A stretch of DNA of 64,000 bases from Tubiluchus corallicola. Its lineage: Eukaryota > Animalia > Priapulida. This document shows, in pieces, positions 13,781 through 26,130 of this stretch (position 1 is the stretch's first letter; the number at the start of each line of letters is the position of its first letter). The position numbers and the translations under genes are program-made. The notes below the pieces were generated by a model. It saw only the letters and a program-made list of their open reading frames with translations, was not told where the DNA came from and did no database searches. Location of the stretch: positions 1 through 64,000 of the forward strand of contig JAQGDQ010000570.1 of NCBI GenBank assembly GCA_030141605.1. The letters run 5' to 3'.

Positions 13781-14224
13781 ATATTACAAATGGCATTACG
13801 TTTTTTGTGTTAAGGTTGTCCAGTCTTAGGAGGGACCATCATATTTTCTTCGTATCTTGAAAATTGGCCTAAACAAACTTTGAAGTGGCTTTTTGAGTCA
13901 GTGTTACTTAATATAATAAGGTTTTTCACGATTCCAGAGATTGACGATGATCCTGAAAAAGTCAAAAGCATTTGTATACACTTGGCAACGCCTCGCAGCC
14001 TATGCTATTGTAGTAGTAACCGTCTTAACAGCTAGCTAGAGCCTTACCTAGTTCATTTTTTTCTTGTTCCCAAGCAAGTTCCTGCTAGTAAATCACTCTA
14101 CACACAGACTTGCGCATAATTAAGTAAAGTCCAAGTAAAACAACTGAAGTTACTGAACTGATACTTTCCTATTGTCTTTTCTTCCCCTGATTTACGTGGC
14201 GTCGTCGTCGTCGTCGTCGTCGTC

Positions 14225-14790
14225 GTAGTAGTAGTAGTAGTAGGAGTAGTAGTAGTAGTAAAATCTTTATTTGCCATTTTAAAAACATTGACCATCATAA
14301 TAGTAGTAGTAGTAGTAGTAGTAAAATCTTTATTTGCCATTTTAAAAACATTGACCATCACAATAGTAGTAGTAGTAGTAGTAGTAAAATCTTTATTTGC
14401 CATTTTAAAAACATTGACCATCATAATAAAAGACAGACATTCAGTGTTAGTTCATTTAAAGAACGTACAGTGTTCTGGGCAAATGCATCTGGTACAAGCT
14501 AAACTATAAGTGCAACTAGAAATTCAAAAATAAAATATAAACTAGTTTAGTAAGGTCTAGTAAAAATGAAATTATGATTTGAGTAAGTATCATCGTGTTC
14601 GTATGTCGGATATTCAAAACGAGTCTATAAATGTTTTTTTTTTTAATTTAGACTTGAATATTGATAAAGAGCTGCTGTTTTAGTGATGTCGGTAATGAAT
14701 TCCAAAGTTGTATTGCTTGCTTAGTAATGGAATTATTTCCATATTGGTTGTTCGTTCTAATGTTTCTTAAATTTAGTGTTCTGTTATTCA
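14225..14790 (-). mobile_element. L2/CR1-like LINE 3' end with a triplicated terminal unit and (ACT)n tail
   Basis: Near-identical to 16500-16915; the terminal aaatctttatttgccattttaaaaacattgaccatca + (TAG)n unit occurs three times. Confidence 0.85.
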
Positions 14791-14810
14791 TAGTCATTCA
14801 CAGTTATTCG

Positions 14811-14981
14811 TGACGTCATGTAATGGCGCGGTCGTAACTGTATTGCGAGAAATTTAAAATGAAAACAAACGAAAATTCCTTTCAACGCGAATACGATATG
14901 TGCAGAAAATCACTGTAAGGTAGTATAATTTTTTAAGGAGATTTTTCTGAAACCTACTTCAGGCGCCCCCTTTCTTGTCCT
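14811..14981 (-). mobile_element. Kolobok-like element terminus, inverted relative to the 15324 copy
   Basis: Reverse complement of 15324-15493; ends …cttgtcct|TTAA. Confidence 0.8.
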
Positions 14982-15323
14982 TTAACGAGCAACAGTGAAA
15001 CGTCACGTTGAAGTTAAGCTAAACAAAACATTCCCGTGCAGTTTAAATGCTACAAACCCAGGCGGCATGACGGAAGTTTAATTGTTTTTGTTGAGAAGTT
15101 ATAACTACGACAGACGGCAGTCATCAGTCAACATCCTCATATATTAGAAGATAGTGTACACAATTTGATGCAACATCTTCATGTTTCCGTTTAATTTTTC
15201 GAACCACCTGCCAGATTTGAAAACACTATTTCTGATGTTCGTCTTGTGGTATTTAAAGTTCAGGAGTTGAAATTAAAATAACAAAAATTTTATTGTTTTA
15301 GTCAAGTAGACTGTGTCTGTTAA

Positions 15324-16165
15324 AGGACAAGAAAAGGGGCACCTAAAGTGGTTTCAGAAAAATCGGCTTAAAAAAATTATACTACTTTACAGCAATTTTA
15401 TGCAAATGTGGAACTCGCGTTGAAAGGAATTTTTGTCTGTTTTCATTTTAAATTTCCCACAATACTGTTCCGACGGCGCCATTACATGACGTCATATACG
15501 CACCGCGTAAATCAGGGGAAGAAAAGGAAATGTTAAATTATGACCCAGAAAACTTTCCGTGCAAATCTGTTTTACTTAGCATCTCACTTACCTGCTGGAA
15601 GGACTTATGTAACTAGAAATAATAATTTAAAATGTTTGTGCCAATTGGTAAAATGTCACTGACTCGTACTCCAGGGTGCGCCACTCATGGACTAAGCAAA
15701 AACGTATTTTTAATCTTATTGACAAGATACAGTAATTTAAAATTTTACTTAATTAGCAGCATGTATGCTACGAATGCTCTGATTATTTTATCAAACTTTA
15801 CTTAATGTTATCAAAACTTGTTGCAAACGACCTACCATTAAAATGACTGCGCCTAACGGTCATCGCGGGAGTTTAAATTTACACGTTTTATACAGCGTTA
15901 TTGCCGACGCAAGCCCTGCATGCAAAAAGGCAGTACGTAAGTGGTATAAAATTTCAAGACGATTTTTTAAGCTTTATGTAAGTGGAGGGTTTTCTTGTAC
16001 TTTAAGGTGCTTTTACAAAATGTTTGGCTGTTTAATGTACACTTGCGTGATCGCACATACTGTTTACTGATCGTCTGCTTGCTACAGCCTAAAATGCTGT
16101 CTGCTGTACAGAGTTTCAGGAGAAATTAACCGATCAGCTAGGAGATATTAAGGTCATTTCATCTT
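15324..16165 (+). mobile_element. Kolobok-like non-autonomous element (TTAA|AGGACAAG… family); right end uncertain
   Basis: TTAA followed by a purine-purine terminus; ~700 bp colinear with 62842-63545. Confidence 0.75.
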
Positions 16166-16255
16166 TTAATATGAATTTCTCATTAAAAATGGGGCAGACT
16201 TGAGGCCAAAGTGTATCGCAATGTTGTGGATGGATAGATATAATTTTCTATATTA

Positions 16256-16462
16256 AGTGGCGTTTATGTAGCGTGCGGATGCGGATGCGTTCTCCAACTG
16301 CGGAACAGCCTGCGCAAAAATATAGTAGTAGTAGTGGTAGTGGTAGTGGTAGTGGTAGTGGTAGTGGTAGTGGTAGTGGTAGTGGTAGTGGTAGTGGTAG
16401 TGGTAGTGGTAGTGGTAGTGGTAGTGGTAGTGGTAGTGGTAGTGGTAGTGGTAGTGGTAGTG

Positions 16463-16510
<48 letters not shown>

Positions 16511-17249
16511 AAATCTTTATTTGCCATTTTAAAAACATTGACCATCATAATAAAAGACAGACAATCAGTGTTAGTTCAATAAAAACATACACTGTTTTGG
16601 GCAAATGCGTTTGGTGCAAGCTAAACTATAAGTGCAACTACAAATTCAAAAATAAAATATAAACTAGTTTAGTAAGGTCTAGGAAAAATGAAATTATGAT
16701 TTGAGTATGTGTCATCGTGTTCGTATGTCGGATATTCAAAACGAGTCATTAAATGTTTTTTTTTAATTTAGACTTGAATATTGCTAAAGAGCTGCTGTGT
16801 TTTAGTGATGTCGGTAATGAATTCCAAAGTTGTATTGCTTGCTTAGTAATGGAATTCTTTCCATATTGGTTGTTCGTTCTAATGTTTCTTAAATTTAGTG
16901 TTCTGTTATTCATACTGGGGTTTTCAAGAAGTGGGAGCTTATTGTTTTTGAAAGGAGAATTAATATTGTTGATATATTTATAGAGAAACAAGAGAGTTTG
17001 ATCATCTCCGTGGGCTTATAACATGGGGATTTTCATGGAGTTTCTTAAAAAGGTGGCAGAATATTTATTTGTATTGTGAGATGATTTCAAAGAATGACCA
17101 TTAACATATCAATAGGAAATTACTGCATGAAAAGAAAACCGCGTACGCAGGCCGCACAAACGGGTGCGTTGAAAACAAAATAAAACCGATTATATCTATT
17201 CCGCACCGCTCAAAACGCATCCGCACCCGCGTGCTACAAAAACGGCACT
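16256..17249. mobile_element. PIF/Harbinger-like MITE with ~35-bp TIRs and TTA TSD, interrupted by a LINE
   Basis: Left agtggcgtttatgtagcgtgcggatgcggatgcgtt versus right aacgcatccgcacccgcgtgctacaaaaacggcact; TTA on both flanks. Confidence 0.75.
16322..17030 (-). mobile_element. L2/CR1-like LINE 3' fragment with an expanded (ACT)/(ACCACT)n tail
   Basis: ORF 16749-16991 (RTNNQYGKNSITKQAIQLWNSLPTSLKHSSSLAIFKSKLK) is a typical L2/CR1 ORF2 C-terminus. Confidence 0.85.
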
Positions 17250-17964
17250 TTAGCCGATTTCAGACAAGTGTTAGTAGAAAATTACAAACATTATCAAGTA
17301 CATCGTAATCGTTGCTTAGTAACTTAGTGAGAGTTCTTCACGAACCCACGCAAAATGCACGAAACGCTTACGGTACTAGAGATGCATTGAAGTTACTCAT
17401 TAGCATTGAATGATCTGTAGCAACAAGTAACTCTACATCCTAATATCTCCAATTATTTACTTATTTATTTAACGTGGGTGTTTTCATCAATTTCTTACCA
17501 TCTGAATTCACTTAACCTTTTGGCATAAGGCCTAGCAACATTGTGTAAGTGATTCTCGTGGAAGACGTCATCTCACACAACCGCTCTTAAACTTTTAAAT
17601 ACTTTCGTAGGGCTATAACATGCCTCTCTAACCTATGAAATGTATATAAAAGAACAAAAAATATCTTAATTTTATGAACGTGCAAGTTAAGCAGAATGAC
17701 GCATTTTTTATAAATGAAATGACATAGATATTTTTTCGAATGAAAAACTATCTAAACTTTTTATCTTGCTAGGATTCCTGTCGTACTCACTGCAGTTTTT
17801 AATTATTCTTATTTGATTCGTCTACAATTCCAATATTTTGAAATTTATAGAAACAAATTGTTAGTGCAGCACCATTCCATTGTATCCATTTATTACCATG
17901 TAATTGCTTTTTTATATTTATTTATTTATTCATTTTTTGTTCATTTAACATTCCTCCCTACCTA

Positions 17965-18500
17965 CCTTCATTCATTCATTCATTCATTCATTCATTCATT
18001 CATTCGTTTGTTTCTTCGTTCGTTCATTCGTTCGTTCGTTCGTTCGTTCGTTCATTCATTCATTTATTTATTCACTTATTCATTCTTTCATTCATTCATT
18101 CATTCATTCATACATTCATTCATTCATTCATTTGTTCGTTCGTTCGTTCCTTCGTTCGTTCATTCATTCATTCATTCATTCATTCATTCATTCATTCATT
18201 CATTCATTCATTCATTCATTCATTCATTCAGTCGTTTGTTCGTTCGTTCGTTCGTTTGTTACTTCGTTCGTTTGTTCGTTCGTTCGTTCGTTCGTTCATT
18301 CGTTCATTCATTCATTCGTCCGTTTGTTCGTTCATTCATTCATTCTTTATTCATTTATTCGCTCGATCGTTCGTTCGTTCGTTCATTCATTTATTCATTA
18401 TTGCAAACATTCCTTTATCCATTAATTCGTTCACTCATTCATTCATTTGTACGTTCGCTGATTAATAAATTCATTCGTTAACTCATTCTTTCATTTATTC
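17965..18500. repeat. (TTCA/TTCG)n tetranucleotide repeat
   Basis: Direct inspection. Confidence 0.97.
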
Positions 18501-19139
18501 ATTGTGTAATCCACTGATACCCCATTTAGTTCCATTTACAGTAACAATTGCCTTGTTTATTCATATACTAGTTCTATTATGTATCTCGACACCACATCAC
18601 TAAGAAACTGATGAAATGCCTTTTTAAGATCTAATAAAAGTGTAGTAAAGAAATCGGGAAATGGTTCAGCTGAACATTTCCTGTCGAAAGCCATAAGAAC
18701 GAAAAGATTTTTTTTAAAAACAGCGTCCATTAGTTTATATACAACCTGTTTTTGACAAGCGTGGAGATCTTTTAAGGGTAAACTAAGATCTGCTAATAGT
18801 TAGAAGGGGGCCATTGAGTTGTAGGGTGTGGCTTTAGATTCGCATGGGCTCGGAAATACCCGTTGACGATGAATGTGCTTAGCTAAAACCAATAAACGTA
18901 GTTCTAGGGCTGCTGTTTGAAACGCTGTGTAAATGTAGCTTGCAGTACATTTTCTTTTTTTATTGTTTTTATTTCAGTTTAGTAGGTGTAGTTCCGTATT
19001 ACAGCTGTTTACATACGACACACATATAATATTATTAATAAAACAGATTAAAATTTACTAACTAAAATGCATATTAAAAATGCATTGACCTAAAAATTTA
19101 CACGTGAAATCATCATGTTGTATCTTTTTTATTTGTTTA

Positions 19140-19562
19140 CTCATTCATTCATTCAGCCATTCAGTCATACATTCATTCCCACCTACCTACATTCATTCAT
19201 TCAGCCATTCATTTGTTCATTCATTCGTTCGTTCGTTCGTTCATCTATTCATCCATTTTTTCATTTGTTTTTTTCGTTCGTTCATTCATTCATTCGTTCA
19301 TCCATTCATTCATTTGTTCATTTGTTCATTCGTTCATTTATTCATTTGTTCATTCGTTCGTTCATTTGTTCATTTGTTTGTTCATTCGTTCATTCATTCA
19401 TTCATTCGTTCATCCATTCATTCATTTGTTCATTTGTTCATTCGTTCGTTCATTTATTCATTTACATAATTCACTCATTCATTTGTTCATTCGTTCATTT
19501 ATTCATTTGTTTGTTCATTCGTTCATTCATTCATTCATCCGTTCGTTCATACGTTCATTCAT
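19140..19562. repeat. (TTCA/TTCG/TTTG)n tetranucleotide repeat
   Basis: Direct inspection. Confidence 0.97.
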
Positions 19563-20893
19563 TTTTAAGAAAATAAACAGTGAATCAAATAAGGCATCCA
19601 TGTTTATTCAACTAGTACTTAGAATGTCATTTTTACTTGCAAATTTCGATTTTCTTAACCTATAACAGCCATTTCTTATCAATCAAAACAATTTGGAGCA
19701 TTATTATGTGCACGTATATAAGACGCTCCTACCTAACTCGTGATATTTAAACAAATATTAAGAAACTAAGTGTACTAAAATGTACATTTAAAAAGCCTTG
19801 GGATACTAAGTCGGTATTTTAAATCGGAACACTAAGCTTAATTCATTTGAGTTCCCATCGGGTCGTCTGGCCATCTGAAAGATGATGACCTAGATGAGGT
19901 CTCTAATGCACGAATCTAAGAAGAGCATTTTTACAAGCATTTCTAAATATTTGTTAAGAAATTATTGTCGTTCGTGGCTTGTAGCTCAACAACAAACCTA
20001 TAATAATAACACTACCAATACTTGCACCCATCTGTACACAGCATTATAGTAACGTTGACGAAATTTCTACAGATGCTCTCTTGTTCAGCACGTGCTGCTG
20101 CCAACTCAAATACCGTCACTAGGCGGCGCAGATCATCATGTTGTGGTACAAGTACGACTCAGTTGTGTGGAAACTGTCATCATACTGCGGTGCCCTGATG
20201 TGAACGGCGCCTCATCATAAGTAGTACGAACACGCGGTATTATAAGTGTGAACGCAGGTATAGTGTAGCTCAGCCTTAACGTTTTTCCAATGATTAATCT
20301 CAGCGTTTGCGCGCAATTTCACTCGTCAGCTCAGCACTAATTTGAATTCCTCCTGCCGCGCATCAACGCAGAAGAGGAGACGAGGGGTTATTGTGTAGAG
20401 AAACCCGTCTCTTTGCGCATGTGTCTATGGGGGAGGTTTCGCGTGGGCTTATGCATATTGTTTGTCTATTTTAGACGTGGCATATATTATTACGCTTTTG
20501 TAAATGAATCTCTTAAATGCTCTGAGTGCCAGACGTGCTCATTCAGTGAAATTTTGCCTGTTGCTCGTAATAATAGTTGCAATATTGTGTTGTCATTCTA
20601 GTCAACGTTTAATGGTGATTACGTTGGCTGTGGCTAAACTTTGAAAAAAAAATCACAGAAAAAATTCCAAGAATTATTTTGCGTTTACAAACGCTTATGA
20701 TCAGCTGCGAATATGTACTTCATTGGATCAGATCACCTAAAGCGGGTAAATTTTTATACTTTTTATATTTAAAAAAGGTATTTATTTATGGTGTGTTACA
20801 ATTAAGATGTACATACTGAAAGAAGAGAGCACTAAAAATTAAATAAGCATATATTTTAGTTTTGTAAACGGCTGCGGCAACAGTTTATAATAT

Positions 20894-21213
20894 TGTAACG
20901 GATCCGGGTTCCAGCGCTCAGGATGTATTAGAGCGGCATACTAGTTATGAAGTACTACAGACGAGAAAAGTAAAAAGAATACGAATGTAAAATAAACTTT
21001 AATGCACAACCAGTAGCTCCATGACATGTGAACAGACTTTGGTATAAAAATCAGCAAACATACAGCATTCACCCTTACAGACAGAAAGACCAGGTTGGAA
21101 TCGTCAAATTACGGCATGCATTGTGTTTTATACAGGTACATTTGCTTTACTGGGCTTCTCGACTATACCCATTACTAACATTAGGGGGTTGGTCAAAACC
21201 CGTCTTCGTAACA
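20894..21213 (-). mobile_element. Solo LTR (320 bp), same family as 13404-13736, ATAT TSD
   Basis: TGTAACG…CGTAACA termini; ATAT at 20890-20893 and 21214-21217; reverse-complement similarity to the 13.4-kb copy. Confidence 0.88.
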
Positions 21214-21360
21214 ATATTACAACAAATATGGCTTCCGATCATGAGGATATTGCGAGACAGAAATGTCTTCTTGCGGCTAGAGCAAACATTGTAATTGTTA
21301 GAAATTTTTCATTTTGTAGTAAAGATGTTAAGAGACAATTGTTTACGACTTACTGGTTTA
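21214..21360 (+). mobile_element. Short LINE reverse-transcriptase remnant
   Basis: SDHEDIARQ…ARANIVIVRNFSFCSKDVKRQLFTTY resembles the post-RT region of L2/CR1-group ORF2. Confidence 0.55.
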
Positions 21361-21972
21361 TATTACTACGTAAGGTGATTAATATTTTTAGTTTTTGGCT
21401 CTCAAGAGTGAGAACTATTACTAATCAAATACGTAGTGCATTTGTAAGATGTAGCATGCTCTGCCACGTGGAGAAATAGCAGTATTAAATCTGTATGCTC
21501 AATAGATATTAACCCAACAACTTGAAAATGGGTAACTGTTGTTGTGCTAGTGGCCGATTAGTACCTTTTCAGTTGTTCGGAATAAATTTGGAAAAACGAA
21601 ATAAACTTCTGATTTCACTAAAACTCTCGCAAGAGATACAGAGCATTACAATTAAGATGTGCATTGTGTATGTGCGTTTGTGGTGTGTTACAATTAAGAT
21701 GGTATTTATTCGTGTTTAATTATGATGGTTAGTTTGAACATAGTTTATTTGGTTTAGATTACACAGTTTTTGAAACTGATACATGAATCCACACCGTGCA
21801 AGTGTACGTACTATTAAAAGTGCAGAAAAAGTAAAGTCATATATATTTATTGAACCATTAAGGAAGAAATTATAAAAGACAAAGAAAAACGACTTAAAAA
21901 CGTTATACATCTTAACAAAGAAGCCACATGGTATAATGGTTCGGGCACAGAAAACGCATACAACAGAGCAAT

Positions 21973-22075
21973 ACACACACACACACACACACACGCACAC
22001 ACGCACACACGCACACGCGCACACGCGCACACGCGCACACGCACACACGCACACACGCACACACGCAAACACGCA

Positions 22076-22142
<67 letters not shown>
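21973..22142. repeat. (CA)/(CACG)/(TA)n microsatellite
   Basis: Direct inspection. Confidence 0.97.
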
Positions 22143-22199
22143 CATAAATTTAATATTACATATTATGCATTACAGTTAGTAGTTAATCAAGCTTGCACT

Positions 22200-23135
22200 G
22201 AGTCATCTCAGTCGGGTCTGTCTTCAAATATTTTGTGGACCAAACTAGCATTAATTTTAATAACTTCTGCATCTTCTGACGCATTTAAAAACACGAACTG
22301 CTCATTAGGAGACATATAATGAAAGTTAGGACAAAAATCAGAAAGGAAACAAAAACATTCCTGTCTTACATGAGCGTACAGTGAACACTCAGGACAGAAA
22401 TACAAAGATAAAGATGTTAGTAAAACAGGTAATGCGATATTAGTAAAGTAACATATCTGCAGACATTCAGCTTTATAATAACCACACATTGTAGTTCCCT
22501 TGTAATTATATTACAGTATACAGTGTTGTAAGGAGCTATTATAGGTATCTTAAAACATAATCTTTAAATGAGTTCTTAACCTTTAATTTTACATTTTCGT
22601 TTAGATCTACAGTACGACCATATTTAAATATTAAAGTTACTTGACTGTTATTTACATAATAGCATGCTTTGGAATTCTCAACGTACAAGACTTTGCAATA
22701 TTTCTCACAAAGTTTAATTTTCGACTATCTATTAAATAATTCGCAGGCATTGTGCCACAAAAATACATTAACAATTCGACGCTTTCATTTTGTCTGAAAC
22801 CGAATATTTTTCTATAAGCAGTGTTCCATTTTACCCTAACGGCATTAACTTCATTGTATGATATACCCCCAATTTCGCATCCGTATAACGAAATGGGTGG
22901 ACAATATGTATTGATAAGAGTTTTAGCTACTATGTCATTACGATTATGGCCCATACTTGAGAGAATATTATTCAAGGAACCAATTTATTTCCTTTTTAAC
23001 CTTGATACATCAATAGAAACACTATCACTTGTCAAAATATCCCAACCCAAATACTTTGCTGTCTGTTTCCAGATCAGCTGTTTACCGCAAAAACAGATTG
23101 CACCCTCTCCAGTAAAGCTTTTGCCAAACTAAAGA
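22200..23135 (-). mobile_element. Degenerate LINE ORF2 fragments (L2/CR1 group)
   Basis: ORF 22652-22975 (LINTYCPPISLYGCE…WNTAYRKIFG…RKLNF) with KYLG upstream; a second C-terminal-like fragment lies at 22208-22489. Confidence 0.7.
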
Positions 23136-23204
23136 ATTTTTCTAAGTTTAAGTGTTAACAGCAAAATAAATCCAACATGCTAAATGGCTTGACTTTTACT
23201 TTAA

Positions 23205-23747
23205 AGGAAAACCGGATGATTGTTTAGACTCAATCTCATTTTAATTTAGTGAGCAAAATATGCATTTTCTTGCCTACAAGAGTTAACAATTGTTCCTTAT
23301 ATTTGAAGAATTAGCTTAGAAAGTTAATTAACGGCAACCGAACACACAGCTATTGCTTACGTCATAAACTAACCACAGTTTGTGCAATGACAGGCATCTT
23401 CCCTTGCGCGTCAAGCACGTTTGCGCAAGTGTTACAGTACTGTTTAAACGTATGATGTCACGCAAAATGTGCGTTACATGATATGACGTCAGAAACTAAC
23501 ACTGCAGTTGATGATCATGGTACCGCCTTCTGTTTGTCGACCACGTGAAAATGACAAAAAGGCGCCGACGCAAATCTTAGTAGATTCACTTAGCTGCGCA
23601 TAGCTTTGAAAATTTAACGAAATTTGCCTATCCGAGGTAATTATTGTTTAATCTAAGCTTTGATTTAAAATTAGCTATTGTAGTTTTCAACATTTAAAGA
23701 GCATTCTTTATTCTGAACTCGTGTTTACACATTCATCCGGTTTTCCT
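23205..23747 (+). mobile_element. Intact Kolobok-like MITE, 543 bp, ~25-bp TIRs, TTAA TSD
   Basis: TTAA|AGGAAAACCGGATGATTGTTTAGAC … GTTTACACATTCATCCGGTTTTCCT|TTAA; a TTAA TSD with RR…YY termini is the Kolobok pattern. Confidence 0.88.
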
Positions 23748-24739
23748 TTAATAAGCTGTCAATACCATTATGCGCTGATACTTATTTATACACGCGTTTC
23801 TGCTACGGGGTGTTCCAAAAGAAAAGTGCACTAACGAGGGCTACGATGATATACGAATGTGACACCATGCAAAGTCCATTTACTGTGGTCGTAATAAGAC
23901 GTATGGTAGGGAAATTGGAATTAAAATTGTGAGCACAAAATTGGTATAAATTTGACGTAAAAATGCAATATTGTTTTACCCTCATTACGATGTTATAATT
24001 CCACTTCGCTGTTTATTTTGAAACACACACAATATTAAACAATCACGCACTAATAACAAATACGGCAACAATTCTATCACTAAACAAGGAGTTCAACTTT
24101 GGAATATCCTGCCATCTAATTTAAAACAAATCAAGTCTTTCGACGAATCAAATCAAATTTAAAAGTACATACATTAAATCGTTTTGAAAACCACACGTGA
24201 ACGATAATATATATTCATCCGCAAATTTTATTTACTCACGTCCATTTTAAGTTGCGTGTATAGATAGTATATAGTCTTATAATTTTCGTGTAACACTATA
24301 ATGTATATTTTGTTTTAAATTTTTTGCACAGTAGTTTTTAGTTTGCACTGGACGCATTTGCTTTTAACAGTTGTGTGAATTTTATTCTTATACTGCGATG
24401 TTCTTTTATGCTTTTATAGTCATAAATATCGATTTTTTATGGCAAATAAAGATTATTATATTATATATTATATTATATATTATATAAGGAGGTTAAAATT
24501 CTGGATTTTACCTTACCACGTAGCGTCATCATAAAAGACTAAATGAGTGACGTAATGTTCAATACTTTAATTCACACGCGAGGACCATTATTTCACGATT
24601 TATGAGCAATTTACGTCAGGAAAGTTACGGCTTTGTTTGAAAGAGTGACAGAGTTTTTAGGACTCGTGACAAGTCTGCGTTTCTAGTAGTGATACCGTAT
24701 TGTTCCGTGGCTTTCCAATAAGTTGACACAGCACCCGTG

Positions 24740-25270
24740 TGGTGCCACTCTTAGTGACTAAGGTGCCACTCTTAGTGACTAGGGTGCCACTCGTAGTGAA
24801 TTATGAATTTATGAATTATGAATTTATTCCACAGCAACACGAACATACATACAAATTGTTATTACATTGAAAAAAAGTTTTGAGCATTGAGCTTTCGAGT
24901 CCTCCTCCAGATAAGTGGAACAATTGACAATTAATATTGCATAGTATTTTCATCAGTTATAACGTGCATTAGAACAAAATAAGTTTTGTCAGTAACTTAA
25001 GATCAGGATGAGTAAAATTGTGGGTTAATTATACCGTTCTAGTAACTCTTTGATGCTTTTTTAGATTGATAAAGATTAAGAGTTTTCATTTCACGCGGAA
25101 TTGATGACCATATTTTAATAGCATAAAATATTTTGATGACTGTTTCATTATATTTGTTTTTGGAAGAGGGAGTACATAGTTTCAGACTGAATATCTTGTG
25201 TAATGATCATGTTGATTTGAAACTGGACTACTGAAGAACTGGAAACTAGACTAGTGACAAGGGTGCCACA
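24740..25270. repeat. 22-bp tandem repeat (gtgccactcttagtgactaagg) split by a minus-strand LINE 3' end (~24800-25250)
   Basis: Three units at 24742-24798, resuming as tagtgacaagggtgccac at ~25252; the insert begins with an (aatttatg)n tail. Confidence 0.6.
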
Positions 25271-25399
25271 AGATTTGTCAGCAATTTTGCCCCCGACTTA
25301 GTCGTTTCAGTGCCATGATTATAATTTTGTTGTAACTAGTGTACGAAACATCATCCTTATTACACTGATTCTTGTCCAACGTAAAATTAAAGCACAAGA

Positions 25400-25873
25400 A
25401 AATACTCGTCACAAATAAACGTTTAAAAATTCATCTTGAAATTTTCCATCGCCTACGTGTCATCTTATTGCATATAGGGTTCGCGTTAAAAGTTACGTTG
25501 CATGAAACTTCAAAATTTAAACATTCGCGATGGCTCGTTTAAAACAAGTTTAGATAACACTGCACAAAGTTTGAATCAGAACATCCGTAATATGCACTTC
25601 ACTATCTAAGCAAAAATATAGAGTATTTTATTTTGTACATAAGAACTACGATGTGTTTTTTTTGGTGAACCAGTGGTGCATACTGGGATGGTGAGAGAGA
25701 GAGTGAAGTTTTACTAGGTGGCGCGAATATTTAAAAATTATTAAGAAAATCCTTTTCTAGTTACTAATACTAAGTAGTAGTCTAAGTACTTTTCCAATAC
25801 TAAGTAACATAAGTTTATAAAGAAAACTCTTTGACATATAAAAATGTACTTTAAAATTCCCCTTTCTACCCCT
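25400..25873 (-). mobile_element. Kolobok-like element, TTAA|AGGGG subfamily (other copies 26792-27250 +, 31331-31930 +, 39770-40095 -)
   Basis: Shared core cccagtgtgcaccactggctcac…gaatgctctgattattttt…ttatctaaacttg in all copies, and TTAA-AGG-type termini. Confidence 0.65.
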
Positions 25874-25937
25874 TTAAACTAGTTATTATTAATTGTAACA
25901 TGTCGCTTTTTAGTTTACTAGCAGGCAGTCAGTCCGT

Positions 25938-26130
25938 TACTAAACTGTACACTGTGACTAAATTGTACACCGCGACTAAACTGTACACTGTGACTAAACT
26001 GTACACCGTGACTAAACTGTACACCGTGACTAAAACACCCCCACAACAGAGCCGTTGGTAGGGGGACGATCGGACCCTCAGCGCTCCACAACAGAGCCGT
26101 TGGTAAGGGGGACAATCGGACCCTCAGCGT
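25938..26130. repeat. 18-bp tandem repeat (x5) followed by a ~45-bp duplication
   Basis: taaactgtacaccgtgac units; ccacaacagagccgttggta…cggaccctcagcg occurs twice. Confidence 0.9.

Noticed and set aside
17813-19665. FIHS/FVRS-repeat ORFs (also 39264-39788)
   Set aside because: Tetranucleotide-repeat artefacts.
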